Below, piece by piece: positions 9,015 through 17,720 of a stretch of DNA of 64,000 nt. Each line of letters begins with the position of its first letter. Positions within the stretch are counted from its first letter, which is position 1. The position numbers and the translations under genes were made by a program. Source of the DNA: Acidobacteriota bacterium (GTDB taxonomy: Bacteria; Acidobacteriota; Thermoanaerobaculia; UBA5066); contig JADJVE010000007.1 in NCBI GenBank assembly GCA_016716715.1, forward strand, positions 125,640-189,639, in the 5' to 3' direction. The notes below the pieces were generated by a model. The model saw only the letters and a program-made list of their open reading frames with translations. It was not told the DNA's origin and searched no databases.

Positions 9015-11120
9015 ATTTCCGCTCCTCTTCCGCCCCTCGCGTCGCTGCCCGGAATCGGTCCCGCGCGCGCGAAGGAGCTGGCCGAGGCGGGCGTCGAGAC
9101 GGCGCTCGATCTCCTCCTCCACCTCCCGTTCCGGTACGAGGACCGCACGCGCATCGGACCGATCTCCGAGCTCGTCGCCGAAGGCCCGGCGACGACCGTC
9201 AAGGGAACGATCCTCTCCTCGCGCCTGATCCGGACGCGCCGGAGGGGCTTCACGATCTTCGAGGCGATCCTCGACGACGGCTCCGGCACGCTGCGCCTCG
9301 TCTTCTTCAACCAGCCGTACCTGCAGCGCTGGATGGCGCCGAAGAAGGTCTTCTGGGTTTACGGCATCGGCACACAGGCGGCGCGCTATCGACGCGGGCT
9401 CGTGATGGAGAACCCTCAAATCGAAGAGTTCTTAGAAGGTGAAGAGGGGAAGGACCCTCTTTCGGTGGGAAGGGTCGTCCCCATCTACCGAAAGTTGCCC
9501 GCGCTGACGCCGCGCTTGAGGCGGACCCTCGTCTTCCACCTTCTAAGAGATTTTGCAGACCATCTTCCCGAGCGCCTGCGCGACTCGCGAGAGAGGGAGC
9601 AGAGTCTCCCTCCCCTCGGCGAATCCCTGCGCGAGGCCCACTTTCCGGGCAGCGGCGGAGGGCCCGCGGACGCCGAGGCGTGGACGGAGCGGAAGTCGCC
9701 GCACCTGCACCGCCTCGTCTACGAGGAGTTCCTCGAGTTCCAGGTGGGCCTCCAGCGCCGCCGCGCCGAGCGCGACCGCGTGCCGGCGCCCGTCCTCGCG
9801 GCCGACGACGCGATCCGCGCGCGCCTCAAGGAAGCTCTGCCGTTCTCGCTGACGGCCGCGCAGAAACGCGTGATCCGCGAGATCGGCGAGGATTTCCGCG
9901 CGGGCCGGCCCATGCGGCGCCTGCTGCAGGGCGACGTCGGGAGCGGCAAGACGATCGTCGCCGTCCTCTCGGCCATTCTCGCGGCCGAGTGCGGCCGCCA
10001 GACCGCCCTCATGGCGCCGACCGAGATCCTCGCCGAGCAGCACTTCACGACCATCTTCCGGATCTTCGGCAAGACGCGCTTCCGCGCCGAGCTCCTGACG
10101 GGGCGCGTGAAAGGCAAGGCGCGGGCGCAGGTCCTCGACGCGCTGGCCGGCGGGCGCATCGACATGCTGGTGGGGACGCACGCGCTCCTCGAAGACCCCG
10201 TCGAGTTTCTGCGCCTCGGACTGATCGTGATCGACGAGCAGCACCGCTTCGGCGTGGCCCAGCGGACCGCCCTTGCGGCGAAGGCCGATCCCTCGGGCGC
10301 GCGCCCCCACCTCCTCGTCATGTCCGCCACGCCCATCCCGCGCTCGCTCGCCCTGACGCTCTACGGCGACCTCGACGTCTCGACGCTGGACGAGAAGCCG
10401 CCGGGCCGCACCGCGGTCACGACGCGCGTCCTGCCCGAGAGCGACCGCGCCACGGCGTTCCGCGAGATCGAGGGCGAGATCCGCGCCGGCGGCCAGGCGT
10501 ACGTCGTCGTCCCGCTCATCGAGGAGTCCGACACGATCGACGCCCGGGCGGTCGAGAAGCACGCCGGGGAGATCCGAAAGGCCCTGCCGGGCCGCCGCGT
10601 CGGCGTCCTCCACGGGCGCATCCCTCCTGACGAACGCGAGAGGACGATGGGGGAGTTCGCGGCGGGGAAGCTGGACGTCCTCGCGGCCACGACCGTCATC
10701 GAGGTGGGCGTCGACGTGCCGAACGCGTCGTACATGCTGGTCGAGAACGCGGAGCGCTTCGGCCTCGCGCAGCTCCACCAGTTGCGCGGCCGTGTCGGCC
10801 GCGGCCGGCGCACGTCGCGCTGCGTCCTCCTCTTCGGTCCGAAGACCTCGCCCGAGTCGCGGGAGCGCCTCGGCGTCCTCGAAAAGACGGACGACGGATT
10901 CGTCGTGGCCGAAGAAGATCTGAAACGCCGGGGCCCCGGCGACGCGCTCGGAACCCGCCAGAGCGGCGTCCCGATGTTCCGCATCGGGGACCTCGTCCGC
11001 GACGTCCGCTGGATGAGGGACGCGAAGGAAGAGGCGATGCGGCTCATCGCCGAAGGGCGCGACGCCGCTTTCCGCGAGCCGCTCTTCCTCCGGCCGGGGA
11101 CCGGCGCGGCGGGCGACTGA
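9015..11120 (+). CDS. recG: ATP-dependent DNA helicase RecG (start codon uncertain)
   Basis: LPGIGPARAKELAEAGVETALDLLLHLPFRYEDRT wedge/N-terminus, Walker A GDVGSGKT, DEQHRFGV, C-terminal RGPGDALGTRQSG. There is no ATG/GTG/TTG between the upstream stop (9009) and the conserved N-terminus. ATT 9015 or CTG 9045 are the only candidates. Confidence 0.85.
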   Translation: MSAPLPPLASLPGIGPARAKELAEAGVETALDLLLHLPFRYEDRTRIGPISELVAEGPATTVKGTILSSRLIRTRRRGFTIFEAILDDGSGTLRLVFFNQPYLQRWMAPKKVFWVYGIGTQAARYRRGLVMENPQIEEFLEGEEGKDPLSVGRVVPIYRKLPALTPRLRRTLVFHLLRDFADHLPERLRDSREREQSLPPLGESLREAHFPGSGGGPADAEAWTERKSPHLHRLVYEEFLEFQVGLQRRRAERDRVPAPVLAADDAIRARLKEALPFSLTAAQKRVIREIGEDFRAGRPMRRLLQGDVGSGKTIVAVLSAILAAECGRQTALMAPTEILAEQHFTTIFRIFGKTRFRAELLTGRVKGKARAQVLDALAGGRIDMLVGTHALLEDPVEFLRLGLIVIDEQHRFGVAQRTALAAKADPSGARPHLLVMSATPIPRSLALTLYGDLDVSTLDEKPPGRTAVTTRVLPESDRATAFREIEGEIRAGGQAYVVVPLIEESDTIDARAVEKHAGEIRKALPGRRVGVLHGRIPPDERERTMGEFAAGKLDVLAATTVIEVGVDVPNASYMLVENAERFGLAQLHQLRGRVGRGRRTSRCVLLFGPKTSPESRERLGVLEKTDDGFVVAEEDLKRRGPGDALGTRQSGVPMFRIGDLVRDVRWMRDAKEEAMRLIAEGRDAAFREPLFLRPGTGAAGD
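9421..9568. repeat. Convergent repeat doublet inside recG
   Basis: The forward copy is TCGAAGAGTTCTTAGAAGGTGAAGAGGGGA (9421-9450). The reverse copy is TTCCACCTTCTAAGAGATTTTGCAGACCATCTTCC (9534-9568). The 83-nt interior is GC-rich and encodes the conserved RecG segment VVPIYRKLPALTPRLRRTL. Confidence 0.8.
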
Positions 11121-11185
11121 GACCTCGCGATCCGGGTTAACATCCGCGCCCGCGCGGCCCCCGATGCGCCGCGCTCAAAGGCGCC

Positions 11186-11827
11186 GTGGACCCTCAAAAG
11201 ATTCTCGAAATCGTCATCCAGGTCGTCGTCCTTCTGTTCGCCGTCTCGTTCCACGAGTCGGCCCACGGCTTCGTCGCGATGAAGTGCGGCGACAACACGG
11301 CCCGCGACCTCGGCCGCATCACGATGAACCCGATCAAGCACCTCGACCCGATCGGCAGCCTTCTGTTTCCGGCGATGCTCGCGTTCTCCGGCCTGCCGGT
11401 GTTCGGCTGGGCCAAGCCCGTCCCCGTTTCCCTGCGCGGCGTCCCGAACCCGCGGCGGGCCAACCTCCTCGTCTCGGCGGCGGGCCCGCTCTCGAATCTC
11501 CTTCTCGCCCTCGCGTTCGCCGGGGCGTTTTCGCTCATCAAAGACGTTTCGATTCCTTCGAAAGCGAGTCCGCTCTACCCGCTCTCGCTCATCTTCGGCC
11601 TCTCGGTTCTCGTGAACGTCTCCCTCGCGATTTTCAATCTGCTCCCGATTCCGCCGTTGGACGGCTTCGGCGTCGTCGAGAGCCTCGCACCGCCGGCCGC
11701 GATTCCCGCCGTCATCTGGCTGCGCCGCTTCGGTTTCATCATCCTCGTCGTGATGATGTTCACGGGCGTGCTCGGCTTCATCATGCGACCGGTGCAGGAC
11801 CTCGTGATCGGCTGGCTGAGGTCCTGA
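11186..11827 (+). CDS. Site-2 protease family (M50) membrane metalloprotease
   Basis: HESAHGF (HExxH) in TM1, NPIKHLDPIGS, NLLPIPPLDG motifs. Confidence 0.8.
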   Translation: MDPQKILEIVIQVVVLLFAVSFHESAHGFVAMKCGDNTARDLGRITMNPIKHLDPIGSLLFPAMLAFSGLPVFGWAKPVPVSLRGVPNPRRANLLVSAAGPLSNLLLALAFAGAFSLIKDVSIPSKASPLYPLSLIFGLSVLVNVSLAIFNLLPIPPLDGFGVVESLAPPAAIPAVIWLRRFGFIILVVMMFTGVLGFIMRPVQDLVIGWLRS

Positions 11828-12822
11828 TGTCCGAGCCTTCTCAGAAGATCGTTCTTTCGGGGCTGCGCCCGACGGGCCGCGTCCACCTCGGCAACTACTG
11901 GGGCGCGGTGAAGAACTGGGTGGACCTGCAGTCGACCTACGCCTGCCGGTACTTCGTGGCCGACCTCCATGCGCTCACGACGGACTACGCCGACACCTCC
12001 GCGATCCGCGAGGCTTCGGTCGAGGCCGTGACGGACTGGCTCTCCGTGGGCCTCGACCCCGAGAAGAGCGTCATCTTCGTCCAGTCGCGCGTGCCGCAGA
12101 CCGCCGAGCTTGCGCTCGTCTTCGGGATGATCACGCCGCTCGGCTGGCTCGAGCGCGTGCCGACGTACAAGGAGCAGATCGAGCAGCTGCGCGAGCGGGA
12201 CCTCGGGACGTTCGGTTTCCTCGGCTACCCGGTTCTCATGACCGCCGACATCGCGCTTTACCTCGCGCACTACGTCCCGGTCGGCAAGGACCAGGAGAGC
12301 CACCTCGAGATCTGCCGCGAGATCGTGCGGCGCTTCAACGGCTTCTACGGGGACGTCTTCCCCGAGCCGAAGGCGCTGTTCACGGCGACGCCGAAGGTGC
12401 CCGGGCTCGACGGCCGGAAGATGTCCAAGAGCTACAACAACACGCTCGCGCTGTCGGACTCGGCCGAGGACGTGGCGAAGAAGGTCATGGGAATGGTCAC
12501 GGACCCGAACCGGGCGCGCCGCTCGGACCCCGGCGACCCGGACGTTTGCAACCTGTACCCGTTCCACGTGCTGTATTCGCCTACGGAAGAGCAGAAGGTC
12601 GTCGCCGAGGAGTGCCGTGCGGCCACGCGCGGCTGCGTGGACTGCAAGAAGCACCTCATCCGCAACATGAACGCGGCGCTCGAGCCCATTCGCCAGAAGC
12701 GCGCGGAGATCGTGGCGAAAAAGGACTACGTGAAGGACGTCCTCGAGGACGGAAATACCAGAGCCCGAGCGATTGCCTCAGAGACGATGGAGAAGGTCTC
12801 GAACGCAATGGGGCTGCTGTAG
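11827..12822 (+). CDS. trpS: Tryptophan--tRNA ligase
   Basis: SGLRPTGRVHLGNYWGA (HIGH-type), KMSKS, class I TrpRS layout. ATGA overlap with the upstream stop. Confidence 0.9.
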   Translation: MSEPSQKIVLSGLRPTGRVHLGNYWGAVKNWVDLQSTYACRYFVADLHALTTDYADTSAIREASVEAVTDWLSVGLDPEKSVIFVQSRVPQTAELALVFGMITPLGWLERVPTYKEQIEQLRERDLGTFGFLGYPVLMTADIALYLAHYVPVGKDQESHLEICREIVRRFNGFYGDVFPEPKALFTATPKVPGLDGRKMSKSYNNTLALSDSAEDVAKKVMGMVTDPNRARRSDPGDPDVCNLYPFHVLYSPTEEQKVVAEECRAATRGCVDCKKHLIRNMNAALEPIRQKRAEIVAKKDYVKDVLEDGNTRARAIASETMEKVSNAMGLL

Positions 12823-12863
12823 TGGCCGAGTTCCGGATCCCCGTCCCCGCGGGCGCGGACCTC

Positions 12864-13631
12864 ATGCAGCCGTACCCGGTGAAGGTGCCCCAGTTCGAGG
12901 GCCCGCTGGACCTGCTGCTCCACCTCATCCGCAAGAACGAGGTCGATCTCCGCAACATCCCGGTCGCGGACATCTGCCGCCAGTACCACGAGTACCTCGT
13001 CCTCATGCAGGAGCTGGACCTCGAGGTCGCGGCCGAGTTCCTCTACGTCGAGGCGCTCCTCGTCCACGTGAAGTCGCAGATGGTGCTTCCGCGCGCGGTC
13101 CTGCCGGACGGCACGCCGCAGGAAGACCCGCGCGACGAGCTCGTGCGGCGCCTCATCGAATACCGCAAGTACAAGGGCGTCGCCGAGACGCTCCACGAGA
13201 TGGAGGCGCTGCGCCTCGGTCTCTGGAGCCGCCCGCCCGCGAAGCTCGAGGCGTCGGAGGCCGAAGCCGAGGAAACGGATCTCTCCGAGGTGTCGCTCTT
13301 CGACCTCCTCACGTTCTTCAAGGGTGCGCTCGACCGCTACCGCTCGGCGCATCCGCCCTCCATGGAGATCGCGCACCAGAAGTACTCGATCAAGGAGAAG
13401 ATGGAAGACATGCTCGCGCGCGTGCGAAGCGGCAGCGGCCCCGTGCCGCTGTCGGACGTTTTCAAGGGCCTCGCGGGCCGCGCCGAGGCGATCGCCGTCT
13501 TTCTCGCCGTCCTCGAGCTCCTCCGCCTGCGCGTCGTCCGCGCCCGGCAGGAGGCCGAGTTCAGCGACATCCTCCTCGAGTCGACCGGCGAGGACGTGAC
13601 GCTCGAGGGCTACGAGGAGTCGTACCGATGA
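12864..13631 (+). CDS. scpA: Segregation and condensation protein A (kleisin)
   Basis: FEGPLDLLLHLIRKNEVDLRNIPVADI N-terminus. An alternative GTG at 12822 overlaps the trpS stop. Confidence 0.85.
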   Translation: MQPYPVKVPQFEGPLDLLLHLIRKNEVDLRNIPVADICRQYHEYLVLMQELDLEVAAEFLYVEALLVHVKSQMVLPRAVLPDGTPQEDPRDELVRRLIEYRKYKGVAETLHEMEALRLGLWSRPPAKLEASEAEAEETDLSEVSLFDLLTFFKGALDRYRSAHPPSMEIAHQKYSIKEKMEDMLARVRSGSGPVPLSDVFKGLAGRAEAIAVFLAVLELLRLRVVRARQEAEFSDILLESTGEDVTLEGYEESYR

Positions 13632-14440
13632 CCGACGACGTCCAGGTCCCCGAGGCGCCGGCGACTCCGGCTCCGTCCGCGCCTCCGGCCCACGTGGCGC
13701 TCGTGGAAGCGCTCCTCTTCGCGTCGGGCAAGCCGGCGAGCGTCGAGCGCCTCGTCGAGGCCTCCGAGCTGACTCCCCCCGAAGTGGAGGCCGCGCTCGA
13801 GGTTCTCGAACGGGCCCTCGAGGCCGACGCGCGCGGCGTCCGGCTGGACCGCGTCGCGGGCGGGGCGCGCCTCGTTTCGCGCAACGAATTCGACGTTCCC
13901 GTGCGCAAGCTCCTCGGGCTCGAAGGCAAGAACAAGCTCTCGATGGCGAGCCTCGAGACGCTCTCGATCATCGCGTACCGCCAGCCCGTCACGGCGCCCG
14001 AGATCGCCGAGCTGCGCGGGGTGAACTCGGCGTCCTCGCTCCGGACGCTGCTCGACAAGAAGCTCATCACGACGGCCGGCCGCAAGGAAGTCGTCGGGAC
14101 GCCGTTCCTCTACAAGACGACGAAGGAGTTCCTCGTCCACTTCGGCCTCGACGACGTCAAGGACCTCCCGAAGCCGGAAGACCTCGACGCGCTCTACGGC
14201 GTCGAGACGACCTCGACGCGCTGTTTCGGCGCCGAGACGAAAAAAGAAAAGAGGAAGATTCTTCGAATGGTTAATCCCGAGGACCGACGCCCCGAAGCCG
14301 GAGGCGCCCGGAGCATCCTTCAAAGGAATCGTCTCTTCGGACTCTTCCCATGCCCGCTGAGCGTCTCCAGAAGCTCCTGTCCGCCGCCGGCATCTCCTCG
14401 CGGCGCGAGGCGGAGAAGATCATCCTCGAGGGCCGGGTGA
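13628..14440 (+). CDS. scpB: Segregation and condensation protein B, with an unusually long C-terminal tail reading through a repeat doublet
   Basis: VEALLFASGKPASVERL, LSMASLETLSIIAYRQPVTAPEIAELRG, GTPFLYKTTKEFLVHFGL. There is no in-frame stop until 14440, which is 91 nt inside rluB. Confidence 0.75.
   Translation: MTDDVQVPEAPATPAPSAPPAHVALVEALLFASGKPASVERLVEASELTPPEVEAALEVLERALEADARGVRLDRVAGGARLVSRNEFDVPVRKLLGLEGKNKLSMASLETLSIIAYRQPVTAPEIAELRGVNSASSLRTLLDKKLITTAGRKEVVGTPFLYKTTKEFLVHFGLDDVKDLPKPEDLDALYGVETTSTRCFGAETKKEKRKILRMVNPEDRRPEAGGARSILQRNRLFGLFPCPLSVSRSSCPPPASPRGARRRRSSSRAG
14239..14349. repeat. Convergent repeat doublet between the scpB core and rluB start
   Basis: The forward copy is GAAAAAAGAAAAGAGGAAGATTCTTCGAATGGTTAATCCCGAGG (14239-14282). 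The reverse copy is CATCCTTCAAAGGAATCGTCTCTTCGGACTCTTCCC (14314-14349). Confidence 0.75.
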
Positions 14441-15198
14441 CCGTGAACGGCCACAAGGTCACCGAGCTCGGCGTGAAAGCCGACCCCGCGAAGGACCACG
14501 TCAAGGTGGACGGGAAGCTGCTCCGCATCGCGGTCGTGCGGCGTTACGTCCTCATGAACAAGCCGAAGGGCCTCATCGTGACGCGCGACGATCCGGGCGG
14601 CATCCCGACGGTGTTCGAGCTTCTGAAAGGGCGCGTCGGCGAGCGCGTCGTGGCCGTCGGCCGCCTCGACGTCGAGTCCGAGGGCCTTCTCCTCCTCACG
14701 GACGACGGCCCGCTCGTCCACAAGCTCACGCACCCCTCGGGCGGCTGCCGCAAGGAGTACGAGGTCAAGGTCTCCGGCGTCCCGTCGCCCGCGCAGCTCG
14801 AGCGCCTGCGGCGCGGCGTGCACCTCCCGGACGGCGTGAAGACGGCCCCCGCCGACATCTCGCTCAGCGAGACGACTCCGGAGAAGAACGGTGTCGGCGG
14901 CAACGCGTGGCTCAAGGTGATCCTCGGCGAAGGGCGCTCGCGCCAGATCCGCCGCATGTTCGACCTCGTCGGCCACCCGGTCACGAAGCTGCGCCGGGTC
15001 GCGATCGGACCGATCCGCGACCCGAAGCTCCCGCCCGGCGCCTTCCGCGACCTCGCGCCCGAGGAAGTCGCGGCGCTCAAGGCGATCCGCCCCGCGCCGC
15101 CGAAAGGCACGCGGCCGGCCCCGGCCTTCGCGCGCCCGGTCCGCCCCGGCGCAAAGAGCGACAAGCCGGTCGCGAAGAAGAAATGGCCCGCCCGCTGA
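14350..15198 (+). CDS. rluB: Pseudouridine synthase, RsuA/RluB family with S4 domain
   Basis: S4 domain RLQKLLSAAGISSRREAEKIILEGRVTVNG, catalytic GRLDVESEGLLLLTDDG, KEYEVKV. Confidence 0.8.
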   Translation: MPAERLQKLLSAAGISSRREAEKIILEGRVTVNGHKVTELGVKADPAKDHVKVDGKLLRIAVVRRYVLMNKPKGLIVTRDDPGGIPTVFELLKGRVGERVVAVGRLDVESEGLLLLTDDGPLVHKLTHPSGGCRKEYEVKVSGVPSPAQLERLRRGVHLPDGVKTAPADISLSETTPEKNGVGGNAWLKVILGEGRSRQIRRMFDLVGHPVTKLRRVAIGPIRDPKLPPGAFRDLAPEEVAALKAIRPAPPKGTRPAPAFARPVRPGAKSDKPVAKKKWPAR

Positions 15199-15857
15199 TC
15201 GTCGCGATCGACGGGCCGTCGGGCGTGGGGAAGTCGACCGTGGGAAAGGCCGTTGCGGCGCGCCTCGGCGTCGCGTATCTCGACACGGGCGCGATGTACC
15301 GCGCCGTGGGCCTCGCGGCCCGGCGCTCCGGCGTGACGCTCCCGATCGCCGATCCCGCAGGCGTGGTGGATCTCGCGAACCGCCTCGACGTGCGCGTGAC
15401 GGGCAGCGCGGCGGACGCCCGCACCTGGCTGGGCGGCGAGGACGTCTCGAAGGAGATCCGCACGCCGGAGATCTCGAAGTACGCGTCCGCGGTTTCCGCG
15501 ATTCCCGGCGTGCGTCGGCGGCTCGCGGGCATGCAGCGCAGCCTTGCCCTCGAGGGCGGCGGCGTGCTCGAGGGACGCGACATCGGGACGAAGGTGGTCC
15601 CGGAGACGAAGCACAAGTTCTTCCTGACCGCGACCGCCGAGGTCCGCGCGAAGCGGCGGCACGACGAGCTCGCCGCGAAGGGCACGCCGCCGGCCTACGA
15701 GCAGGTGCTGGCGGACATGGTCGCCCGCGACCACGCGGACTCCACGCGTGCCGATTCGCCCCTGACGGACGACGGAACGTACGTCCGCGTCGACACGTCG
15801 GAGCTCACGGCCGACCAGGTCGTCGAGCGCCTTCTGGAGACCGTCGAAAAGGGCTGA
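15183..15857 (+). CDS. cmk: (d)CMP kinase
   Basis: IVAIDGPSGVGKSTVGKAVAARLGVAYLDTGAMYRAV. Confidence 0.9.
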   Translation: MARPLIVAIDGPSGVGKSTVGKAVAARLGVAYLDTGAMYRAVGLAARRSGVTLPIADPAGVVDLANRLDVRVTGSAADARTWLGGEDVSKEIRTPEISKYASAVSAIPGVRRRLAGMQRSLALEGGGVLEGRDIGTKVVPETKHKFFLTATAEVRAKRRHDELAAKGTPPAYEQVLADMVARDHADSTRADSPLTDDGTYVRVDTSELTADQVVERLLETVEKG

Positions 15858-15869
15858 ACGAAGCCCCGG

Positions 15870-15899
15870 TTGACCGTTTCCGGGCAGGGCGTCTAACAT
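15870..15899 (+). promoter_or_regulatory. Candidate sigma-70-type promoter for rpsA
   Basis: TTGACC (15870-15875), an 18-nt spacer, then TAACAT (15894-15899), about 85 nt upstream of the rpsA ATG. Sequence match only. Confidence 0.3.
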
Positions 15900-15983
15900 C
15901 AGCGGTTCTGGCCGCTTAAGCGATTGCCTCGCGGACATTTAGGCAGGCCGGAAAATCGCGATGAGGTTAAGGAGCACGACGAC

Positions 15984-17687
15984 ATGTCGCCCACGGACCT
16001 GAGGAAGACTGGCCCCAAGGCTGAGGAAGGCGATCCCGGGGAATTCGCGCGCCTCCTCGCCGAGAGCGAACGCTCTCTGAAGGAGGGCGAGCTCATCAAG
16101 GGCCGCGTGCTTCAGGTGACGGCCGACGAGATTCTTGTGGACATCGGCTACAAGAGCGAAGGGATGATCCCGCGCTCCGAGTTCCACCACGTTCCCGCCG
16201 ACAAGCTGCCGCACCCGGGCCAGGAGATCGAAGCGATCCTCGAGCGCACGGAGGGCCCGAACGGCTACGTCGTGCTCTCGTACGAAAAGGCGCGCCGCGG
16301 GCGCGCGTGGGACATCGTGGAGGCGGCCTTCGCCGCGAACGAGCCCGTCAAGGGCCGCGTGATCGACCGCGTGAAGGGCGGACTCTCCGTCGACATCGGC
16401 GTGCGGGCGTTCCTGCCCGGCTCCATCGCGGACTCGCGCCCGCTCAAGAACCTCGACGTCCTCAAGGGACGCGAACTCGAGTTCCGCGTCGTGTCGCTCG
16501 ACAAGAAGCGCGGCAACATCGTTCTCTCGCGCAAGGCGCTCCTCGACGAGTTCGCCGAGGTCAAGAAGAAGGAAGCCGCTTCCGCGCTCGCGGACGGGCG
16601 CGTCCTCAAGGGCGTCGTCAAGAACCTCACCGACTACGGCGCGTTCGTCGACCTCGGGGGCATCGACGGCCTCCTGCACGTCACGGACATGACGTGGGGC
16701 CGCCTCGCCCACCCGTCCGACGCCGTTCACGTCGGACAGGAGGTGGACGTCAAGGTCCTCCGCTTCGACGAGGCAAGCGGCCGCATCTCGCTCGGGATGA
16801 AGCAGCTCAAGCCCGACCCGTGGCAGGACCTCCCGTCCCACTACCCGGTCGGCGCCCGCGTCCGCGGCAAGGTCGTGTCCCTGACCGACTACGGCGCTTT
16901 CGTCGAGCTCGAGGAAGGCGTCGAAGGCCTCATCCACGTGTCCGAGATGTCGTGGACGAAGCGGGTCAAGAACCCGTCGAAGCTCCTGAACGTCGGCGAC
17001 ACGATCGAAGCCGTCATCGCGGATGTGAACCCCGAGACGCGCCGCCTCTCGCTCTCGCTCCGCGCGACGGAGCCGAACCCGTGGGAGCAGCTCGCCGAGA
17101 AGTTCCACATCGGCGACCGCATCACGGGCACCGTGCGCAACCTGACCGACTTCGGCGCCTTCGTCGAGATCGAGGACGGCATCGACGGGCTCATCCACGT
17201 GTCCGACATGTCCTGGGGCCGCCGCGTGAAGCACCCCTCCGAGATCCTGAAAAAGGGCGACGAGGTCCAGGCCGTCCTCACCGCCATCGACGTCGAGAAC
17301 CGCCGGATCAGCCTCTCGATCAAGGAATTCCGCCCGAACGAGTGGGAAGAGTTCGCGTCGAAGCACCAGCCCGGCGACGTCGTCGACGGCAACGTGGCGA
17401 AGGTGGCCGACTTCGGCGTCTTCGTGCGCCTGCCCGAAGGGCTCGAGGGCCTCATGCATGTCTCCGAGACGCCGCTTCCGCGCGGCGAGAAGCCCGGCAA
17501 CGTCTACCACGAAGGCGATCCCGTCCGCGTGCGCATCCTGCGCATCGAGCCGGCGGAGCAGCGCATCGGGCTTTCCTCGCGCGACGTCGACCAGCCGGAA
17601 GCCGGTGCCGAGCCCGAAGCCGCGCCTTCCGAGGGCGAAGCGTCCGCCGACGACCACGTTCACGCGGACACGGAACCGTCCGAGTAG
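15984..17687 (+). CDS. rpsA: 30S ribosomal protein S1
   Basis: Six S1 repeats (e.g. GVVKNLTDYGAFVDLGGIDGLLHVTDM). AAGGAG lies 9 nt upstream of ATG 15984. Confidence 0.9.
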   Translation: MSPTDLRKTGPKAEEGDPGEFARLLAESERSLKEGELIKGRVLQVTADEILVDIGYKSEGMIPRSEFHHVPADKLPHPGQEIEAILERTEGPNGYVVLSYEKARRGRAWDIVEAAFAANEPVKGRVIDRVKGGLSVDIGVRAFLPGSIADSRPLKNLDVLKGRELEFRVVSLDKKRGNIVLSRKALLDEFAEVKKKEAASALADGRVLKGVVKNLTDYGAFVDLGGIDGLLHVTDMTWGRLAHPSDAVHVGQEVDVKVLRFDEASGRISLGMKQLKPDPWQDLPSHYPVGARVRGKVVSLTDYGAFVELEEGVEGLIHVSEMSWTKRVKNPSKLLNVGDTIEAVIADVNPETRRLSLSLRATEPNPWEQLAEKFHIGDRITGTVRNLTDFGAFVEIEDGIDGLIHVSDMSWGRRVKHPSEILKKGDEVQAVLTAIDVENRRISLSIKEFRPNEWEEFASKHQPGDVVDGNVAKVADFGVFVRLPEGLEGLMHVSETPLPRGEKPGNVYHEGDPVRVRILRIEPAEQRIGLSSRDVDQPEAGAEPEAAPSEGEASADDHVHADTEPSE

Positions 17688-17720
17688 CGGGGCCGCCGTG
17701 AGACGCGCGGGGTCCGCCCG

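Noticed and set aside
9421-9568. MITE-type insertion of a 150-bp element into recG
   Set aside because: The interior between the two repeat arms is GC-rich and encodes a conserved RecG segment. The protein also shows no extra length relative to my recollection of E. coli RecG. It is therefore not a simple insertion.
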